Positions 60,889-64,000 of a stretch of DNA of 64,000 nucleotides are shown here, piece after piece. Positions within the stretch are counted from its first letter, which is position 1; every line of letters starts with the position of its first letter. The translations under genes were made by a program, and so were the position numbers. The notes under the pieces are model-generated. The model saw nothing but the letters and a program-made list of their open reading frames with translations. It ran no database searches and was not told the origin of the DNA. The stretch is from Dehalococcoidia bacterium. Lineage in GTDB: Bacteria; Chloroflexota; Dehalococcoidia; Plut-88900. Location of the stretch: positions 544,001 to 608,000 of the forward strand of contig OZ240219.1 of NCBI GenBank assembly GCA_965197645.1, written 5' to 3'.

Positions 60889-61287
60889 GTGAGCGTAACA
60901 GACCCAATAGCGGACATGTTGACCCGCATCAGGAACGCCCTGATGGTGGAGCACGACACGGTATCGATCCCGGCCTCGAAGGTTAAGAGTTCCATGGCCG
61001 GAATCCTCAAGGAAGAGGGCTTTATCCGGGACTTCGAGGTAATCAAAAGCAAGCCCCAGGACACCCTCCGCCTGCACCTCAGGTACGACGAGAACCGAGA
61101 TCCGATGATCCAGGGGCTCAAAAGGGTGAGTAAACCCGGCCTGAGAGTCTACGTGCGCAGGAACGATATACCACGGGTGTTCGCTGGCCTGGGCATCGCC
61201 ATCGTCTCCACGTCGAAGGGGATCATGACGGGTCGAAAGGCATGGCGAGAGGGCGCAGGGGGCGAGCTCCTCTGCTACGTTTGGTAG
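60889..61287 (+). CDS. rpsH: 30S ribosomal protein S8
   Basis: [30 protein letters not shown]. Confidence 0.98.
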   Translation: MSVTDPIADMLTRIRNALMVEHDTVSIPASKVKSSMAGILKEEGFIRDFEVIKSKPQDTLRLHLRYDENRDPMIQGLKRVSKPGLRVYVRRNDIPRVFAGLGIAIVSTSKGIMTGRKAWREGAGGELLCYVW

Positions 61288-61303
61288 GTACGAGAGAACC
61301 GAT

Positions 61304-61852
61304 ATGTCTAGAATAGGCAAACAGCCGATTCCGGTGCCGTCCGGCGTCGACGTTATGATCCAGGAGTCCACGATCACGGTGAAAGGGCCCAGGGGCGAGT
61401 TGGCTCTGGATATCAACCCGGACCTGACCGCTTCCCTGGACGATGGTTCCCTTGTGGTGGCCCGGCCCACCGACGAGCGGCAACACCGATCGTTGCACGG
61501 GCTCACCCGTACCCTGCTGGCCAACATGATTGCCGGCGTCAGCTCCGGTTTCAGAAAGACCCTCACCATCGTCGGCGTTGGCTACCGGGGCCAGATGGAC
61601 GGCAACACCCTGGTCCTCCAGGTGGGTTACTCCCACCGGGTCGAGATCCCCTCGCCGCCGGACATTACCATCGAGGTCGAGGCTAACAACCGGATCCACG
61701 TGGACGGCATCGATAAGCAGCGAGTGGGGCAGGTGGCCGCCGATATCCGGGCCGTGCGACGTCCCGACAAGTACAAGGGCAAGGGTATCAGGTACGAAAA
61801 CGAGGTGGTCAGGCTGAAACCGGGCAAACGAGCAGCAAGGACAGAGATGTAA
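61304..61852 (+). CDS. rplF: 50S ribosomal protein L6
   Basis: [21 protein letters not shown]. Confidence 0.98.
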   Translation: MSRIGKQPIPVPSGVDVMIQESTITVKGPRGELALDINPDLTASLDDGSLVVARPTDERQHRSLHGLTRTLLANMIAGVSSGFRKTLTIVGVGYRGQMDGNTLVLQVGYSHRVEIPSPPDITIEVEANNRIHVDGIDKQRVGQVAADIRAVRRPDKYKGKGIRYENEVVRLKPGKRAARTEM

Positions 61853-62217
61853 TGGCAGTCAAGACCCGTCGCATAGGCAGGCTGAGGCGTCACCGCAGGG
61901 TGCGCAAGACCCTGTCCGGCACACCCGAGAAGCCCAGGCTTTCCGTGTTCAGAAGCCTGAACCACATCTACGCCCAGGTGGTGGACGACGTTCAGGGCCA
62001 CACGCTGGCCGCTGCCTCCAGCCTGGACGAACCGGTCAAGAACAAGACCAAGGGCAAGTCCAAGCGGGAGACGGCGGAGTTGGTCGGGACCCTAGTATCT
62101 TCACGAGCCAGGGAGAAGGGAATCACCAGGGTGGTGTTCGATAGAGGTGGGTACAGGTACTTCGGGCGGGTGCAGGCCTTGGCCGATGCGGCAAGAAAGG
62201 AAGGGCTGGAGCTTTGA
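61852..62217 (+). CDS. rplR: 50S ribosomal protein L18
   Basis: [16 protein letters not shown]. Confidence 0.97.
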   Translation: MAVKTRRIGRLRRHRRVRKTLSGTPEKPRLSVFRSLNHIYAQVVDDVQGHTLAAASSLDEPVKNKTKGKSKRETAELVGTLVSSRAREKGITRVVFDRGGYRYFGRVQALADAARKEGLEL

Positions 62218-62786
62218 CCCCCGCCAGAAGAGAGAAGATAGACCCCAAGAACATGGACCTCACCGAGAGGGTGGTCTACATCAACCGGGTCGCCAAGGTG
62301 GTCAAGGGCGGCCGGAGGTTCAGGTTCAGCGCAGTTGTGGTAGTGGGAGATGGCGCCGGACACGCAGGCATGGGCCTGGGTAAGGCCGGCAGCGTTCCGG
62401 ACGCCGTTCGCAAGGGGAACTCCATAGCCCAGAAGAACCTGATGAAAATCGATCTAAAGGACACGACCATCCACCATGAGATCGTCTCCAAGTATCGAGG
62501 CGCCAAGATCGTGTTGAGGCCGGCGGCGCCGGGCACCGGCGTGATTGCGGGCGGCGGCGTGCGAGCCGTGCTGGAAGCCGCCGGGGTGAAGGACGTGCTG
62601 ACCAAGTCCCTGGGCAGCTCCAACCCGATAAACATGGTGAAGGCCACCATAAACGCCCTCACCGAGATCCGGGACCCCCAGGCCGTGCTGGCCAAACGCC
62701 TTGGTCGGCCGGCTGTACAGCCTGAACCTGAGCCGGAAGCCGCCCCACCGGAGACCCGGAAGCCTGCCCAAGAGGCCACCGCCTAA
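62214..62786 (+). CDS. rpsE: 30S ribosomal protein S5
   Basis: [26 protein letters not shown]. Confidence 0.97.
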   Translation: MTPARREKIDPKNMDLTERVVYINRVAKVVKGGRRFRFSAVVVVGDGAGHAGMGLGKAGSVPDAVRKGNSIAQKNLMKIDLKDTTIHHEIVSKYRGAKIVLRPAAPGTGVIAGGGVRAVLEAAGVKDVLTKSLGSSNPINMVKATINALTEIRDPQAVLAKRLGRPAVQPEPEPEAAPPETRKPAQEATA

Positions 62787-62859
62787 CAATGTACATGCCA
62801 TCCGACAAAACGGCCAGAAGCCATAGCGCAGCACAAAATGGGCGACACAGGACTGATCA

Positions 62860-63042
62860 GTGGCTAACCTGCAGATAACATTGAGGAAAAGCCCCATCGG
62901 ATACTCCCAGGACCAGCGAGGCACCCTGAGAGCGCTGGGTCTGAAGAAGCTGAACCAGACGGTTGAGCGGGACGACTCGGCGTCGGTACGGGGGATGGTC
63001 GAGAAGGTCAAACACCTGGTAACGGTGGTAGAGAAGAGATGA
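62860..63042 (+). CDS. rpmD: 50S ribosomal protein L30
   Basis: [21 protein letters not shown]. Confidence 0.95.
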   Translation: MANLQITLRKSPIGYSQDQRGTLRALGLKKLNQTVERDDSASVRGMVEKVKHLVTVVEKR

Positions 63043-63485
63043 AACTGAACGAGTTACGCCCCCGGCCCGGCTCCACGAAGAACCGGCAGCGGTCCGGTCG
63101 GGGTTACGGCAGCGGCCGAGGCCACACCTCGGGACGAGGCAACGGTGGCCAGAAGTCCCGTTCGGGCGGTCGAATCCGCCGCGGGTTCGAGGGCGGCCAG
63201 CTGCCGATGATCAAACGGATGCCCTCCAAGCGGGGCTTCACCAATATCTTTCGCACCGAGTACTCCGTTATCAATCTTGATAAGCTGGACCTGTTTGAAA
63301 AGGGTTCTGAGGTAGACCCCGACGTCCTGGTTTCCCGGAGGGTGCTTAGGTCCTTGGCCAAACCGGTAAAGATACTGGGCAGCGGCGCCCTGTCCAAGCC
63401 GCTGACCGTCAGAGCCAACAAGTTCTCCCGCTCGGCCATCGAGAAGATCGAGGCGGCGGGAGGCAAAGCAGAGATACTAGGCTAA
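63039..63485 (+). CDS. rplO: 50S ribosomal protein L15
   Basis: [27 protein letters not shown]. Confidence 0.97.
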   Translation: MKLNELRPRPGSTKNRQRSGRGYGSGRGHTSGRGNGGQKSRSGGRIRRGFEGGQLPMIKRMPSKRGFTNIFRTEYSVINLDKLDLFEKGSEVDPDVLVSRRVLRSLAKPVKILGSGALSKPLTVRANKFSRSAIEKIEAAGGKAEILG

Positions 63486-64000
63486 ATGAGACAGACCGAG
63501 ACAGTATCATCAAGGCCGAAGCTGCTCCAGGCGATGATCGACGTCGCCGGCCAGCCGGACCTTCGCGCTAAGGTCCTGTTCACCTTGGCTATACTGGTAA
63601 TCTTCCGGTTCGTGGCCCACGTGCCGGTGCCCGGTGTGGACGCGGCCGGGCTCGATCGGTTCTTCCAAGGCAACCAGCTGGCGGGCCTGCTGGACCTCTT
63701 CAGTGGTGGAGCCCTGAGGAACCTCAGCATAGCCGCCATGGGGGTCTACCCCTATATCACCTCATCCATCATCATGCAGCTCCTGATACCCGTGATCCCC
63801 CAGCTGCAGCAGCTCTCTCGGGAGGGCGGTGAAGCAGGTAGGCAGCGGTTGAACCAGTTCACCCACTGGCTAACCGTGCCGATGGCCATGGCCCAGGGCT
63901 TCGGCCAGCTCACCTTGTTGGACCGAGCGGGGGTTCTGACCAGCGGGATCGGCCTGAGTGGCAGCGATCTGGGGCCGACCGTAGCCATGATCCTCTCGAT
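63486..64000 (+). CDS. secY: Preprotein translocase SecY, 5' part, runs off window edge
   Basis: ATG 63486: ...DLRAKVLFTL...HVPVPGV...LDLFSGGAL.NLSIAAMGVYPYITSSIIMQLL...EGGEAGR. Confidence 0.96.
   Translation, partial: MRQTETVSSRPKLLQAMIDVAGQPDLRAKVLFTLAILVIFRFVAHVPVPGVDAAGLDRFFQGNQLAGLLDLFSGGALRNLSIAAMGVYPYITSSIIMQLLIPVIPQLQQLSREGGEAGRQRLNQFTHWLTVPMAMAQGFGQLTLLDRAGVLTSGIGLSGSDLGPTVAMILS

Noticed and set aside
1-64000. Many long antisense or alternate-frame ORFs; tRNA/rRNA genes; integrases, transposases, defence systems
   Set aside because: The overlapping ORFs are expected from high-GC codon bias. I saw no tRNA, rRNA, integrase, transposase or intact defence gene, though a by-eye scan could miss short RNAs.

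Overview
A GC-rich bacterial chromosome segment. Gene content and order suggest Chloroflexota, probably Dehalococcoidia/SAR202-like; this is an inference from T-boxes, a str operon without tuf, and many amidohydrolase/SDR paralogues. Most of it is housekeeping: ileS with an Ile T-box, ybeY-dnaX-ybaB-recR-recO, rel, rpsT, recF, uvrA, a Trp T-box trp operon, split transketolase, and the str/S10/spc ribosomal cluster running into secY. The ORF track misses or mis-frames four things: two thioredoxin-fold genes with an in-frame TGA at the catalytic Cys position (DsbA/FrnE-like UPWC and SelW/Rdx-like CTLU, probable selenoproteins sharing a similar downstream RNA motif), the 5' part of an aldehyde:ferredoxin oxidoreductase, and a DNA methyltransferase stub. 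The strongest candidate for an undescribed system is a catabolic cluster at 31.8-39.5 kb (tandem ATC-hydrolase-like protein, cyclase/arylformamidase, DMFase large subunit without a small subunit, P450, amidohydrolase). It sits among palindromic repeats and abuts a trp operon that lacks trpA and carries an inserted SDR. IleRS has the GIHH signature and S12 has Arg at the K87 position. All calls come from reading the sequence; no searches were run.
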